In this document: positions 1 through 13,552 of the stretch, in pieces | How positions within the stretch are numbered: position 1 is the stretch's first letter | Layout of the letters: each line of letters begins with the position of its first letter | Assembly: GCA_040768745.1 (NCBI GenBank) | Contig: JAXGMI010000002.1 | Span: 768,001 to 832,000 of the forward strand | Reading direction: 5' to 3' | DNA length: 64,000 bases | Source: Desulfomicrobium sp. | GTDB taxonomy: Bacteria > Desulfobacterota > Desulfovibrionia > Desulfovibrionales > Desulfomicrobiaceae | Notes under the pieces: model-generated | Told to the model about the DNA's origin: nothing | Seen by the model: the letters and a program-made list of their open reading frames with translations, nothing else | Databases searched by the model: none | Made by a program: the position numbers and the translations under genes

Positions 1-265
1 CCTGCATCAGGCCGGAGCAATCCACACCCTTGCGGTCCGAACCGCCAAGACGATGTGGCACCCCTTTCCAGACCTGGTATTGGGCCAGCAGCATTTCAGA
101 CACCGAAGGCGACGCCTTGTCCTGCCGCGGAGGGGGAGCGGTCGGGACCGACTGGATCACTGTCTTGGTTCCACAGCCGAAACCCAGCATCAGCAAACCC
201 AGAAAAATCCCCATCCTGGCCCAAAGCCGGATTGGGGAACCGTGAAGCAGCGCAAGATCGGGCAT
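1..265 (-). CDS. NlpC/P60 lipoprotein peptidase, 5' part (runs off window start); not in ORF track
   Basis: Manual translation MPDLALL...LMLGFGCGTK...LLAQYQVWKGVPHRLGGSDRKGVDCSGLMQ; lipobox-like Cys, NlpC DCSG catalytic motif, GGAG RBS. Confidence 0.85.
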   Translation of the reverse strand, partial: MPDLALLHGSPIRLWARMGIFLGLLMLGFGCGTKTVIQSVPTAPPPRQDKASPSVSEMLLAQYQVWKGVPHRLGGSDRKGVDCSGLMQ

Positions 266-326
266 ACCCACTCCAAACCGTGTGCCGCGCATTCACAAAG
301 CCAGCTCGTTCATCACAAAGGCTTAT

Positions 327-1046
327 TCAAGGCAGGACCCGCCGGACACGGAGCAATCGCTTCTGCCAATACCCGTCGAGCTTGGAGACGATGACTCCTT
401 TCTTGCTGGAAGCATGGAGAAACTGGCCGTCATTGACGACCACGCCGACATGATCCCTGCCCCGATCCACGAAATAGACCAGATCTCCAGGCCTGATTTG
501 GCCACGGGGCACAGCCTCTCCCATCCTGCTCTGTTCCTCTGATGTGCGTGGGAGCTCGATCTGGAAAGCGTCCCGGAATATGGCCCGGACCAAGCCAGAG
601 CAATCGACACCACTGAAGTCCTCGCCGCCAGAGCGATAGCGTACCCCCCTCCAGTCGTCATATTGAGCCAGGACGATGTCGCTGATGGAAGGAACGTCTT
701 CCACTTCTTCGAAGGAAAAAGCAGAGTCATCAAAATCAGATGATCCGGAAGCGGGTTCACCTTCCCTCTGGGAAACCAGCGCTCCCATGTCTGCCTGGGG
801 GGGCATGAATGAATAGTTGACTTTTGGGTGCGTGTCCGGCCGGGAAAGGAAGCACTGGGCGGCCGGCACAGACGAATTTTGAGCGTCATGAGAAAAGACT
901 GGAGTACGCGAGGAAACAACCTTGGTGGAGCAGCTGCTGCCGGCCAGAACGAGACAGGCCAACAGGACAAACTCACCCACCAGAACCATTCCGGCACACG
1001 GACCTTGTCCGCCTTGTCGAAAAATCATACCACAACTCCGTTTCAT
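327..1046 (-). CDS. NlpC/P60 cell-wall peptidase (probable lipoprotein); start uncertain
   Basis: WRGVRYRSGG, GVDCSGLV, LPRTS, GDLVYF, HVG, FLHAS motifs. Confidence 0.9.
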   Translation of the reverse strand: MKRSCGMIFRQGGQGPCAGMVLVGEFVLLACLVLAGSSCSTKVVSSRTPVFSHDAQNSSVPAAQCFLSRPDTHPKVNYSFMPPQADMGALVSQREGEPASGSSDFDDSAFSFEEVEDVPSISDIVLAQYDDWRGVRYRSGGEDFSGVDCSGLVRAIFRDAFQIELPRTSEEQSRMGEAVPRGQIRPGDLVYFVDRGRDHVGVVVNDGQFLHASSKKGVIVSKLDGYWQKRLLRVRRVLP

Positions 1047-1190
1047 GTTTCAGAAGGCCTATACACAACGAACCACCGAAAGTCAAAAACGGCGACCCGG
1101 GCCGTCCATGCGAATGGAGAACCCCGGGGGCCGCGCCCGCCAGCGCAAAACTGAGAAAACGAAGCAGTTCCCGCTGTCCTGGACAGAGGA

Positions 1191-2315
1191 TTACTTCACG
1201 TAATCCATGCTGTTCTGTCCCAGGAGGCAGAAGACCTCGTAGGAAATGGTCCCCCACCAGGACGCCAATTCGTCAGCTGAAATGGCCCGAGGACCCTCGC
1301 CCCCCAGCACGTACACCTCGTCACCGATCTCGGCTTCGGGCACGCAGCCCACATCCACGGCCGTTAGTTGCATGCAGACCCTTCCCAGCACAGGCACCCG
1401 TTGACCTCGCAGGAGCATCTGCCCCTTGCCGGACAATGTCCGGGAATAGTTGTCCGCATAGCCGATGGCCACAATGCCGACACGCATTGGCCTGTCGGCC
1501 ACGAAGGTCCTGCCGTAACTCACGGATTCCCCGGCGCGGATGGTCCGGATTTGCAGCAGGCGGGACGAAACGCTCATGGTGGACCGAAGGCCAGCTGACT
1601 TGTCAGCCCAGACCGTGCCGAAAAAGGGATTCCCTCCGTACAGTGCGATGCCTGGCCGTTGCAGGTCGTGGTGCAACCCTGGATGAGCGAAGATGGCCCC
1701 GGAATTGGCCAGGCTTCCGCGCACGTCCAGGCCGCGACTGTGCAAGACCCGGAGGATGCCGGCAAACCGCTGGCCCTGTTCGGAGACATATTCGGCCTGT
1801 TCCGGGTCGTCGGCCGTGGCCAAATGCGAACAGGCCATGACCGCCCGGACATGCTCCAGGCCATCCAGGACGTCGGCCACCCCGTTGGCCTCCTCGGCAG
1901 CAAAACCCAGCCTGGACATGCCCGTGTCAAACTTCAGGGCCACGCGCACCGGTGCACCGGTCCGCCTTCCCTCCTCCTCCAGGCGCACCAGCTGCTCCAC
2001 CCGACCGACGAAAGGGATCAGCCCATGGGTGCACACGGCCGTGTAATCCGCCTGGTCCAAGGGTCCCAACAGAGAGATCACCTCGGCCGCGGGCGTGACT
2101 TCTTTTAAAACAACCGACTCTTCCACTGTACCCGCAGCCATGCACCGCGCTCCGGCAGCGAAGAAGGCCCGCGCCACCTCGGCCAAACCGTGACCATAGG
2201 CATCGGACTTGACCACCGGGGCCGGATTCGCTGCCACGGCCCGGATCAGGGTGTAATTATGCACCAAGGCCCTGATATTAACGCGGGCCAGGACGTACGT
2301 ATTCCAGATGTCCAT
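1191..2315 (-). CDS. alr: alanine racemase
   Basis: PVVKSDAYGHG PLP-lysine motif, KFDTGMSRLG, RPGIALYG, VSYG, IGYAD, GRVCM; start reset to MDIWNTY after GGAG. Confidence 0.95.
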   Translation of the reverse strand: MDIWNTYVLARVNIRALVHNYTLIRAVAANPAPVVKSDAYGHGLAEVARAFFAAGARCMAAGTVEESVVLKEVTPAAEVISLLGPLDQADYTAVCTHGLIPFVGRVEQLVRLEEEGRRTGAPVRVALKFDTGMSRLGFAAEEANGVADVLDGLEHVRAVMACSHLATADDPEQAEYVSEQGQRFAGILRVLHSRGLDVRGSLANSGAIFAHPGLHHDLQRPGIALYGGNPFFGTVWADKSAGLRSTMSVSSRLLQIRTIRAGESVSYGRTFVADRPMRVGIVAIGYADNYSRTLSGKGQMLLRGQRVPVLGRVCMQLTAVDVGCVPEAEIGDEVYVLGGEGPRAISADELASWWGTISYEVFCLLGQNSMDYVK

Positions 2316-2344
2316 GCGTTGCTCCAAAGGAATGGTGGGAATGT

Positions 2345-3682
2345 TCAGACCCGCAGACGGACGTAGTAGCCCTGGCCGTCCCTGGCCACCAGGAGCAGCA
2401 CGGTGTTGGCCATGCGGTACCGCTTGAAGGCCAGGGCAAAATCGTCCACAGACCTCTGCACATCTCCGGCAATGTTGAGGAGGATGTCCCCTTTTTGCAA
2501 TCCCAGCTTCTGGGCCGGGCTGCCCTGACGCACCTGTATGATTTCCAGATTCGATCCACGCGGTGCAACCGTCAGGCCCCACCGCTTCTCGGCCATGGCG
2601 AGGGCTTTTTCATCGGTGAAGGGCTGCACAGATACGTTTACGGTGCGCAGGCCATTGGACCCGAGAAGTTCCAACTGCAGAGCCTGACTGATGGTAAAAT
2701 TGCGCAATACCCGCAGATAATGGTCACGGTCCTCAATGCGCACTCCATTCACTGCCCTGACCACCTCGCCGGTATTGACGCCCGCGTCGCGCACGGATTT
2801 CTCGTGAATGTCCGCAATCAGCATGCCGCGTGCTTGATCAAGCCCCAGGAAATGGGCGATGCGCTCGTCCACGTCCTGCCCTTCCAGTCCGAGCCATACA
2901 GCCTGCACCCGCCCATGGCTGACCAGTTCATCCACCACCAGCTTGGCTTTGTTGATGGGAATGGCGAAACCGATGCCTTCGGCTTCGGCATAAATGGCGG
3001 TGTTGATCCCGACGAGTTCACCGGCCAGGTTCATGAGTGGCCCACCACTGTTGCCCGGATTGATGGCTGCATCGGTTTGGATGAAATCCGTAAAAGTGCC
3101 CTGTTTGGTCTCAATGGTGCGCCCCAGGGCTGAAACCACCCCCGTGGTCACTGTATTGCCGAATCCGTAAGGATTGCCGATGGCAATGACCGTTTCACCG
3201 ATCATGATATCCGCGGAATCTCCCATGACCGCCTGCGGGAGGTCACGGGCGTCTGCCAGATGCAGGATGGCCAAATCGAAATCAGGGTCCGATCCGATCA
3301 GCCTGCCGTCGAATTCCCGCCCGTCCATCAGCCGCACCCGGATGGACGACGCCCCTTCAATGACATGGGCGTTGGTCAGAACCAGATTCTTGCGTCCATC
3401 GATGACCACGCCCGATCCCAGGCTGCGCTGCTCGAAGCGCCGGGTGAAATCCTGGGATCCGAAAAAATGCCGGAACACGTCATCCCTCCCGAAAAGCGAC
3501 CCAAAGGGATTCACTTCCCGCTCGACCATGCGCGCCGAGTGGATGTTGACCACGGCCGGTGAGACCGTCTGGACGGTGCGCACGACTGGGGTCATGCGTG
3601 CTTCTCGGCTTCCGGCAAAAGAAAAATGGGCGCTCCCAAGCGCCCAAAAGATTATCGTCACAAGCATTACAACTCTGTTCAC
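2345..3682 (-). CDS. degQ: periplasmic HtrA/DegQ serine protease with two PDZ domains
   Basis: Signal peptide, TNAHV, DLA, IQTDAAINPGNSGG. Confidence 0.92.
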   Translation of the reverse strand: MNRVVMLVTIIFWALGSAHFSFAGSREARMTPVVRTVQTVSPAVVNIHSARMVEREVNPFGSLFGRDDVFRHFFGSQDFTRRFEQRSLGSGVVIDGRKNLVLTNAHVIEGASSIRVRLMDGREFDGRLIGSDPDFDLAILHLADARDLPQAVMGDSADIMIGETVIAIGNPYGFGNTVTTGVVSALGRTIETKQGTFTDFIQTDAAINPGNSGGPLMNLAGELVGINTAIYAEAEGIGFAIPINKAKLVVDELVSHGRVQAVWLGLEGQDVDERIAHFLGLDQARGMLIADIHEKSVRDAGVNTGEVVRAVNGVRIEDRDHYLRVLRNFTISQALQLELLGSNGLRTVNVSVQPFTDEKALAMAEKRWGLTVAPRGSNLEIIQVRQGSPAQKLGLQKGDILLNIAGDVQRSVDDFALAFKRYRMANTVLLLVARDGQGYYVRLRV

Positions 3683-3728
3683 GCCACTCTTTCCTCCACC
3701 CTTCTGTGCACCTCAACATCGACTCTCT

Positions 3729-4187
3729 TCAATCTTGCAGGGAGATATTGATCTGCCTGTTCCGGGGCCCTTGGGGCCGTTTGGGGACCATCACACTCAG
3801 CAGGCCAGACTTCATGCTCGCCTCGACTGCCGAGGGGTCGATGTCCAGGGGCAGGGAAAAACGCCGGGCAAAGCTGCCATAGGAGCGCTCCAGAACGTGA
3901 AACGCGGCCCCGGTAATATTCCCGTGCAGTTTGCGTTCGCCGTACAGGGTCAGCTCGTTGCCATGTACCTCCAGGGTGACGTCCTCGCGCTCCAGCCCCG
4001 GCAGCTCCACGAGGATCAAGTATCCTTCGGCCAGCTCGAGCACATCGGCCACCGGGCGGAACTGGGCCAACCTTCTGGCACCTTGGGGAAAGGGGGCAAC
4101 GCAGGTCGTATCCTCAACCAGACGTTTCATGTCTTCCTTCATGCATTCCAATTCCAGCCACGGGTCCCACGGAAAAAGCTTTGCCAT
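3729..4187 (-). CDS. Hsp20/alpha-crystallin small heat shock protein
   Basis: WDPW N-terminus, ELPGL, ERSYGSFARRFSLP, GLLSVMVPK, C-terminal I-x-I. Confidence 0.93.
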   Translation of the reverse strand: MAKLFPWDPWLELECMKEDMKRLVEDTTCVAPFPQGARRLAQFRPVADVLELAEGYLILVELPGLEREDVTLEVHGNELTLYGERKLHGNITGAAFHVLERSYGSFARRFSLPLDIDPSAVEASMKSGLLSVMVPKRPQGPRNRQINISLQD

Positions 4188-4255
4188 ACCCCACCATCGA
4201 AAATGCGGTCATCACCGGCTTGTCAATTCGTGATCCGGCCCGCCTGACCGGCCCT

Positions 4256-4630
4256 TCACAGGAAAAAAAACAGGGCCGCCACGCCCAACGCCAGCAGTCC
4301 CACGCCAACGGCCACCCAGGTCGCGGAACCGGCTCGGTTGACGAACATGGCCCCGCCAAGTTGGGAGCCTCCCAGCGAAGGATCCTTGGCTTGGGCCCGT
4401 CTGCGCATTTCCGCCAGCTCCGCCTCGTCCTGAAGTTGCTGTCCCTGGTTGAGGCGCCTCACCTCTTCCATGGCCAGGGCGTAGACGACCCCACACTTGG
4501 GGCACTCAAACGGGGAAGAGAAGGCATCGTCCTCTTCATGCCGCTCATAGGTGCATCTGGGGCATTTTTCCAGCCGCAACCGCAAATGCTGCGGAATCAC
4601 TGCAGGTTCGTCCTTGATCGTCACGCGCAC
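4256..4630 (-). CDS. hypothetical zinc-ribbon protein with C-terminal membrane anchor
   Basis: CPRC...CPKCG and hydrophobic C-terminal helix; co-directional with neighbours. Confidence 0.7.
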   Translation of the reverse strand: MRVTIKDEPAVIPQHLRLRLEKCPRCTYERHEEDDAFSSPFECPKCGVVYALAMEEVRRLNQGQQLQDEAELAEMRRRAQAKDPSLGGSQLGGAMFVNRAGSATWVAVGVGLLALGVAALFFFL

Positions 4631-4669
4631 CTCGATCCGGCGTCACAAAAGCCCATCCCAGAACCTCGG

Positions 4670-6976
4670 CTAGTCAGATACTGTCACTTTCTGCAACTGC
4701 CAAGTATCGATATCGCCTTGGAAAATTTTGGCTATGCCATCCTGATACAGGGTGCGCATGCCCTGCTCCACGGCCAGGCGCTCAATGTCCTCGGCCGGTT
4801 GCTTGCGCATGATGGCCTTGCGGATTTCCGGAGTGGTTACAAGCAGTTCATGGATGCCCGTGCGCCCTCTGTAGCCTGTGTGTGAGCACCGCCGGCAGCC
4901 CACCGGTTTGAAGGTCCTGGCCCCGGATCGCTCGATGCCCAGTTCCGGAAAATATTCGGACCCGTATTGACTGACGAGGTAGTCCCACTCCTCGTCCGTG
5001 ACCTCGTGTGCGGCCCTGCAGCTGACACAGAGGGTCTTGACCAGCCGCTGGGCCAGAATCCCCTGCAATGCTTCGGCGAAATTGAGCGACTCAATGCCCA
5101 TATCCAGCAGTCGGGTCACGGTTTCGGCCGCAGAGTTGGTATGCAGCGTGGTAAAGACCAAATGCCCGGTCAGGGAGGCCTCCACGCCAATCTGGGCGGT
5201 TTCCAGGTCGCGCATTTCCCCCACCAGAATCACGTCCGGATCTGCCCTCAGAAAAGACCTCATGATCCTGGCAAAATCAAGCCCGATGGCGTTCTCCACC
5301 TGCACCTGCTGCAACCCCTGCTGGGTGATTTCCACCGGATCCTCCACGGTCCAGATCTTCTTGTCGGGGGTATTGATGCGGGACAGGATGGAATGCAGGG
5401 TCGTGGTCTTGCCCGAACCCGTGGTGCCCACAACAAGAAAAATGCCGTGCGGCTTGACCATGATCCGCTCGATCTGCTCCGCGTTCCGTGCGCTCAGGTT
5501 GAGCCTGCTGAAGGGCATGACCTTGCCGGCCGAGAGCATGCGCATCACGACGCTCTCCCCGTACACTGTGGGCAAGGTCGCCACCCGCATCTCTATTTCA
5601 CGTCCTTTGAACCTGACCCTGAGCTTCCCGTCCTGGGGCAGGCGTTTCTCTGAAATGTCAAGGCGGGACATGATCTTGATGCGCGAGGTCACGGGTTTGA
5701 TGACGCTCTCCGGGATGGAGAGCACCCGTTCGCAGGTTCCGTCTATGCGCATGCGCACCAACCCGGGCTTTCCACCGCGGTTAGGTTCGATGTGGATGTC
5801 CGAGGCCCCAACCCTGTGCGCATGCATGATGACCTTGTTTACAAAACGGACCGCGACCTGCCTGCTCTCCAGCGAGATATCCTCTTCCTCATCCTGGGTG
5901 AATTCTAACCCTTCTTCTGCGGCTGTGGCCAATTCCGCAAGGGATGCCGCAAGATCGTCGCCGTCATCAAGTTCTTCGGTGAGATCCTCCGGCTCGCCCT
6001 CTTCCGCGCCGGTGCTCCAACCTCCCCCTCCAGGACTTACGCTCTTGGGCAACTGGGACGAATCGCCGAGAAACGCCAAAATATCCTCAGGCAGTCCAAC
6101 CCGGAACTCATAACTTTTTGCATTCACAACACGTCGAATCTCGTTCACCGTATCGGCATCATGTGGATCCTGGACCAATACAACCGCTTTCCCGGCACCG
6201 GTGTGAAGTGGAAGCCACATGTTGCGGATCAGATACTGACGATTGATGCCTTTGAGCATCTGATCGGAAACCGGATTGTTTTCGTAGCGCACGAAGGGTG
6301 TCTGGTAGAACCGTTCCAGGGAGGCTCCGATGGCGTCGGGGTCCAGGTTGAAGTCCGCGCGCAACACCCGCGAGACGAAAACCCCTCTCTGGGCGGCCCT
6401 GGACAGGGCATCATCCAGTTGCTCCTGAGTCAAAAAACCCTTGGAGACCAGATGGTCAAAGGGCCCTTGGGGCAAGTCGAACTCCTCGAAAAGCTTCTGC
6501 CCCATGATGCCCACGATCAAACGGCAGTAGGCCTCATCCTGTCGGGTGAATTTGCCGCTCTTCTTGTTGATGAGCTGAAAGACCCCCATCAAGGCATTCT
6601 CATGGTGAACGGGCATGGACAGGATATTTATGATTTCAAGTCCCAGGAGCTTGTCCAGTCCGCGATCGAAGCGCAGGTCAGGATGAACGGCCGCGAGTTC
6701 TCGCGGATCAAGATTCTGCAACATCAGTGGCGCCTGGGACAAGGCTGTAAAGCCGGCCACACTCGAAAACGAGAACGGGACCCGCATCTCCTCCACGCCA
6801 GCATTGCGTTCGATCTGGAAGAAAAGTTCCGTCTGTTTCGGATCGCGCTTGAACAGCACGAGCTGGTCCACATCAAAAAGGGCCTTCAGCGTGGACTGGC
6901 ATTCCTCCCAGGCCGCCTGAAACGACCGGGAGTGCTGAAAAATATTTTTGATGTCGAGCAGTTTGGTCTTGAGCAT
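4670..6976 (-). CDS. GspE/PilB-family ATPase with N-terminal GAF domain
   Basis: GAF signature (ILSMPV...GVFQLINKKSGKFTRQDE), ASDIHIEP, RLPQDG, Walker A GTTGSGKTT, EDPVE, LVGEMRD, TGHLVFTTLH, CxxC...CxxC. Confidence 0.93.
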   Translation of the reverse strand: MLKTKLLDIKNIFQHSRSFQAAWEECQSTLKALFDVDQLVLFKRDPKQTELFFQIERNAGVEEMRVPFSFSSVAGFTALSQAPLMLQNLDPRELAAVHPDLRFDRGLDKLLGLEIINILSMPVHHENALMGVFQLINKKSGKFTRQDEAYCRLIVGIMGQKLFEEFDLPQGPFDHLVSKGFLTQEQLDDALSRAAQRGVFVSRVLRADFNLDPDAIGASLERFYQTPFVRYENNPVSDQMLKGINRQYLIRNMWLPLHTGAGKAVVLVQDPHDADTVNEIRRVVNAKSYEFRVGLPEDILAFLGDSSQLPKSVSPGGGGWSTGAEEGEPEDLTEELDDGDDLAASLAELATAAEEGLEFTQDEEEDISLESRQVAVRFVNKVIMHAHRVGASDIHIEPNRGGKPGLVRMRIDGTCERVLSIPESVIKPVTSRIKIMSRLDISEKRLPQDGKLRVRFKGREIEMRVATLPTVYGESVVMRMLSAGKVMPFSRLNLSARNAEQIERIMVKPHGIFLVVGTTGSGKTTTLHSILSRINTPDKKIWTVEDPVEITQQGLQQVQVENAIGLDFARIMRSFLRADPDVILVGEMRDLETAQIGVEASLTGHLVFTTLHTNSAAETVTRLLDMGIESLNFAEALQGILAQRLVKTLCVSCRAAHEVTDEEWDYLVSQYGSEYFPELGIERSGARTFKPVGCRRCSHTGYRGRTGIHELLVTTPEIRKAIMRKQPAEDIERLAVEQGMRTLYQDGIAKIFQGDIDTWQLQKVTVSD

Positions 6977-7071
6977 GAAATCTTCCCCCTGAGACAGGCA
7001 ACCTGATGATCATGTAGCGGGATCAGGCCCATGCTCCCGGACCCGCGAACCAGAACAGAAACTGAATTGGG

Positions 7072-7584
7072 TCAATCCAAAAAAGAGGCATCCTTTGATT
7101 TGCCTGACGACCCATTCAGGGACTGAAGCTTCATGATCAGTTCATCACGCTGCTGTTTGTATATGTATCGCTCGGAATGGCATCGGATACGGGCCACGAG
7201 TTCCACCTTGTCCGGCAGCTTGATCATGTAGTCATTGGCTCCCAGGGCGATGGCCTTCTTTTTCAGTTCAGGTTCCTCCCGTGCCGAAAGCACGATCAGG
7301 GGCACATCCCGGAAGTCCTCGCTGCTTTTGAAAAATTTGACCATGGTCAGTCCGTTCACCCCGGGCATGACCAAATCCAGCATGATGACCGTGGGTTGGG
7401 CGCTGATGGCCTTCTCCAGGGCCTTGTCCGGCTCCTTGCAGTAGTGAAAAATGATGTCCCGCTCGCTGGAGAGCTTGATGCGCATGGCCTCGCCGATGAG
7501 GTACTCGTCGTCAATGAGCAGCACCGAAACCGGGATCCTGGTCACATATTTTTCTGCTATGTCGTCAACATCGTGGATGTACAT
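7072..7584 (-). CDS. WspR-like receiver domain plus coiled-coil stalk, no output domain
   Basis: VLLIDDE, PTVIMLDLVMPGVNGL, IVLSAREE, GANDYMIKLPDKVELVARIR, QQRDE. Confidence 0.88.
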   Translation of the reverse strand: MYIHDVDDIAEKYVTRIPVSVLLIDDEYLIGEAMRIKLSSERDIIFHYCKEPDKALEKAISAQPTVIMLDLVMPGVNGLTMVKFFKSSEDFRDVPLIVLSAREEPELKKKAIALGANDYMIKLPDKVELVARIRCHSERYIYKQQRDELIMKLQSLNGSSGKSKDASFLD

Positions 7585-7586
7585 AT

Positions 7587-11369
<3,783 letters not shown>

Positions 11370-11428
11370 AACCTTCTCGTGGGAGACGCTCTACGCGGCA
11401 GGCAAAATTACGGGACGATATTGGCAGT

Positions 11429-11860
11429 TCAGGGCATGGCCAGCACTGCTGTGACGGCGTTCAACAATTCCTCGCGCTTGATGGGTTTGCTCAGGCACTG
11501 CTTGGCGCCCATGAGCCTGGCCCATTTCAAATAGTCTGTTGCGCCGCCCCGCCCCCCTGCTGACATGGCAATGATGCGGATTCCGCTGTCTTCCTTGCGT
11601 AATTCGCGGATGATCTGAATTCCTTCCTTGTCCGGCATGATGAGGTCCGTGATGACCAGATCGAATCGATGGCTGCGGTACAGCCGCAACCCCTCATCCC
11701 CATTGGCTGCCTGGGCCACGTTATATCCAGAGGCGGCCAGAATCTTGGCCAATGCCAGGCGCATGAGCTTATCGTCGTCAATGACAAGAATGCTCTGCGC
11801 CAGTCCTTGTCCGTCTCCAGAACCGTTGCTGTTCGTGGCCACCTTTATTACCTCATCCAT
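11429..11860 (-). CDS. single-domain response regulator (CheY-like)
   Basis: ILVIDDD, DLVITDLIMP, IIAMSA, LSKP. Confidence 0.92.
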   Translation of the reverse strand: MDEVIKVATNSNGSGDGQGLAQSILVIDDDKLMRLALAKILAASGYNVAQAANGDEGLRLYRSHRFDLVITDLIMPDKEGIQIIRELRKEDSGIRIIAMSAGGRGGATDYLKWARLMGAKQCLSKPIKREELLNAVTAVLAMP

Positions 11861-13545
11861 AGTTCAACCCGACGATTTTTTTCCCTGCCAGCTTTGGTTT
11901 CGTTGGATTCGAGAGGATCTTCCTCCCCAGCGGCCAGGACCAGCGCCTGGATGCCTCGGGACCTGAATTCATTGGCAATGGCCTCTGCCCTTTTTCTGGA
12001 TGCCGCCAGATTGGAGGCATAGTCACCCGGGGAGTCGGAAAAGCCCACAAGAATAAGCTGTTTTCCTGCATTCTCCCTGCGCTGCATGAATCTGGCCATG
12101 CGATCCACCTCAGCCCGGGCCTCGCGATCAGGATTGATGCTTGCCGCATCAAATCGGAACACGGACTGCAATCGTTGGGCTCCACTGACCCCTTCCCGAT
12201 ACGCCAGGAGGACATCCCGGCGTGCAGCTTCGGTCACCACCTCGCCATCAAGCTGTACCAGGGGAGGCAGTGGGCCCGCCGACGCCATTGAGGCGCGCCC
12301 CCCGCCCTCGTGCTGGGCGGATATGGCTGGGGTTTTCAGGAGACTCACAAATCCGAATTTCCTGACAGTCTCCTGTCCTGCCGATCCGAGGACCATGTCG
12401 AGAAAATCGCGGGCATAGATGTTTTTGGACTCCATAGAAAGCAGGAAATACAGATTCCGGAAGGCGGGATAGGACAAGGAGGCAATACTCTGAGCCGTGG
12501 GAGCCACAGGCGCGACGTCGGGCATGACCTTCAGGGGAACCTCCCGGCACTGCCCTGCAAAGGCACGGCTGCAGAATCCTACGGCCAGCGGGTCCTGGGC
12601 CACAAGATCCGAAAGCATTTCCTGGCTGTCGACCAAACGGGCCGCTTGCGCGAGATTCCGGCCGGCCATGAAAAATTCGTCGAAGGCCCAGCGCGTTCCC
12701 GACCCCTCCTGCAGGGCAAAAACCTTGATCGGCACGGCAGGCCCGCCAACCTGATCCCAGCTGGCGATTTCTCCGCTGAAAATTTTGTGTATCTGTTCAA
12801 GGCTCAGGGCCGCAACAGGGTTGTCCCGGTGCACAACCAAAACCACTGCATCCAGCCCGACTGCATGACGCGTCATCCCCGCTGCAGTTGGATCCTCTTT
12901 CAGCATGGCCTGCTGGTCCGACAAGCGCCCTGCGGCCAGGACCACGTCATAGCCTTCTTGGCGCAAGGCCCCCCAGCCGGATGGGATTGCCTTGCCCTCG
13001 ATCCGGATGGAACGAATTTCCGATGTTGCATAGAAAATCCCCTGCACCGTGTTCTCTTCGGCGTTCTTTCCCGGGATCCTGCGTACTTCGCCTGCACCGA
13101 TGCGGAGCAGGTAGAGCCTGGCCAATTCAGGGACAAGGCGTTGGGCCAAGCTGCTTTCCCCGGCAACCGTCAGAATTGTCTGCTCGGAAAAGACCGCCGG
13201 CTTGTATGTGCCCTCGATTCGCTGATTGCGCTCATCTTGTTTGAGCACGATTGGCTGAGGAGTTTCCCAGCCAGGGACATGTTTGAACTCGACAACGGAG
13301 ATGTTTCTCTCGTTCCCCGACTCCCCAGGCTTCCGCCACTGGCTGACCAACCGCCATTCCGCTCCTGCTTCAACTGCATCCTGCGGAACAATGGATACCA
13401 CGTCCAGGACGTTGGTCGAGACGAACGAAAACAGTGCAGGCCTCATCGCCAGGAACACTGCGCACCCGATGGCAAGAAGGGCCAGAAAAATAAGCGCCAT
13501 GCCCCATATTTTCCCAGTCGCATGCGACTGATTTTGCCCGGCCAT
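11848..13545 (-). CDS. membrane-anchored PstS-like binding protein fused to OmpA/MotB peptidoglycan-binding domain
   Basis: N-terminal TM; DAVVLVVHRDNPV, GSGT (PstS-like); C-terminal GFSD...NLAASRKRAEAI...NRRVEL (OmpA-C); GAGGT RBS before MAGQ. Confidence 0.85.
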   Translation of the reverse strand: MAGQNQSHATGKIWGMALIFLALLAIGCAVFLAMRPALFSFVSTNVLDVVSIVPQDAVEAGAEWRLVSQWRKPGESGNERNISVVEFKHVPGWETPQPIVLKQDERNQRIEGTYKPAVFSEQTILTVAGESSLAQRLVPELARLYLLRIGAGEVRRIPGKNAEENTVQGIFYATSEIRSIRIEGKAIPSGWGALRQEGYDVVLAAGRLSDQQAMLKEDPTAAGMTRHAVGLDAVVLVVHRDNPVAALSLEQIHKIFSGEIASWDQVGGPAVPIKVFALQEGSGTRWAFDEFFMAGRNLAQAARLVDSQEMLSDLVAQDPLAVGFCSRAFAGQCREVPLKVMPDVAPVAPTAQSIASLSYPAFRNLYFLLSMESKNIYARDFLDMVLGSAGQETVRKFGFVSLLKTPAISAQHEGGGRASMASAGPLPPLVQLDGEVVTEAARRDVLLAYREGVSGAQRLQSVFRFDAASINPDREARAEVDRMARFMQRRENAGKQLILVGFSDSPGDYASNLAASRKRAEAIANEFRSRGIQALVLAAGEEDPLESNETKAGREKNRRVELWMR

Positions 13546-13552
13546 GTTTACC

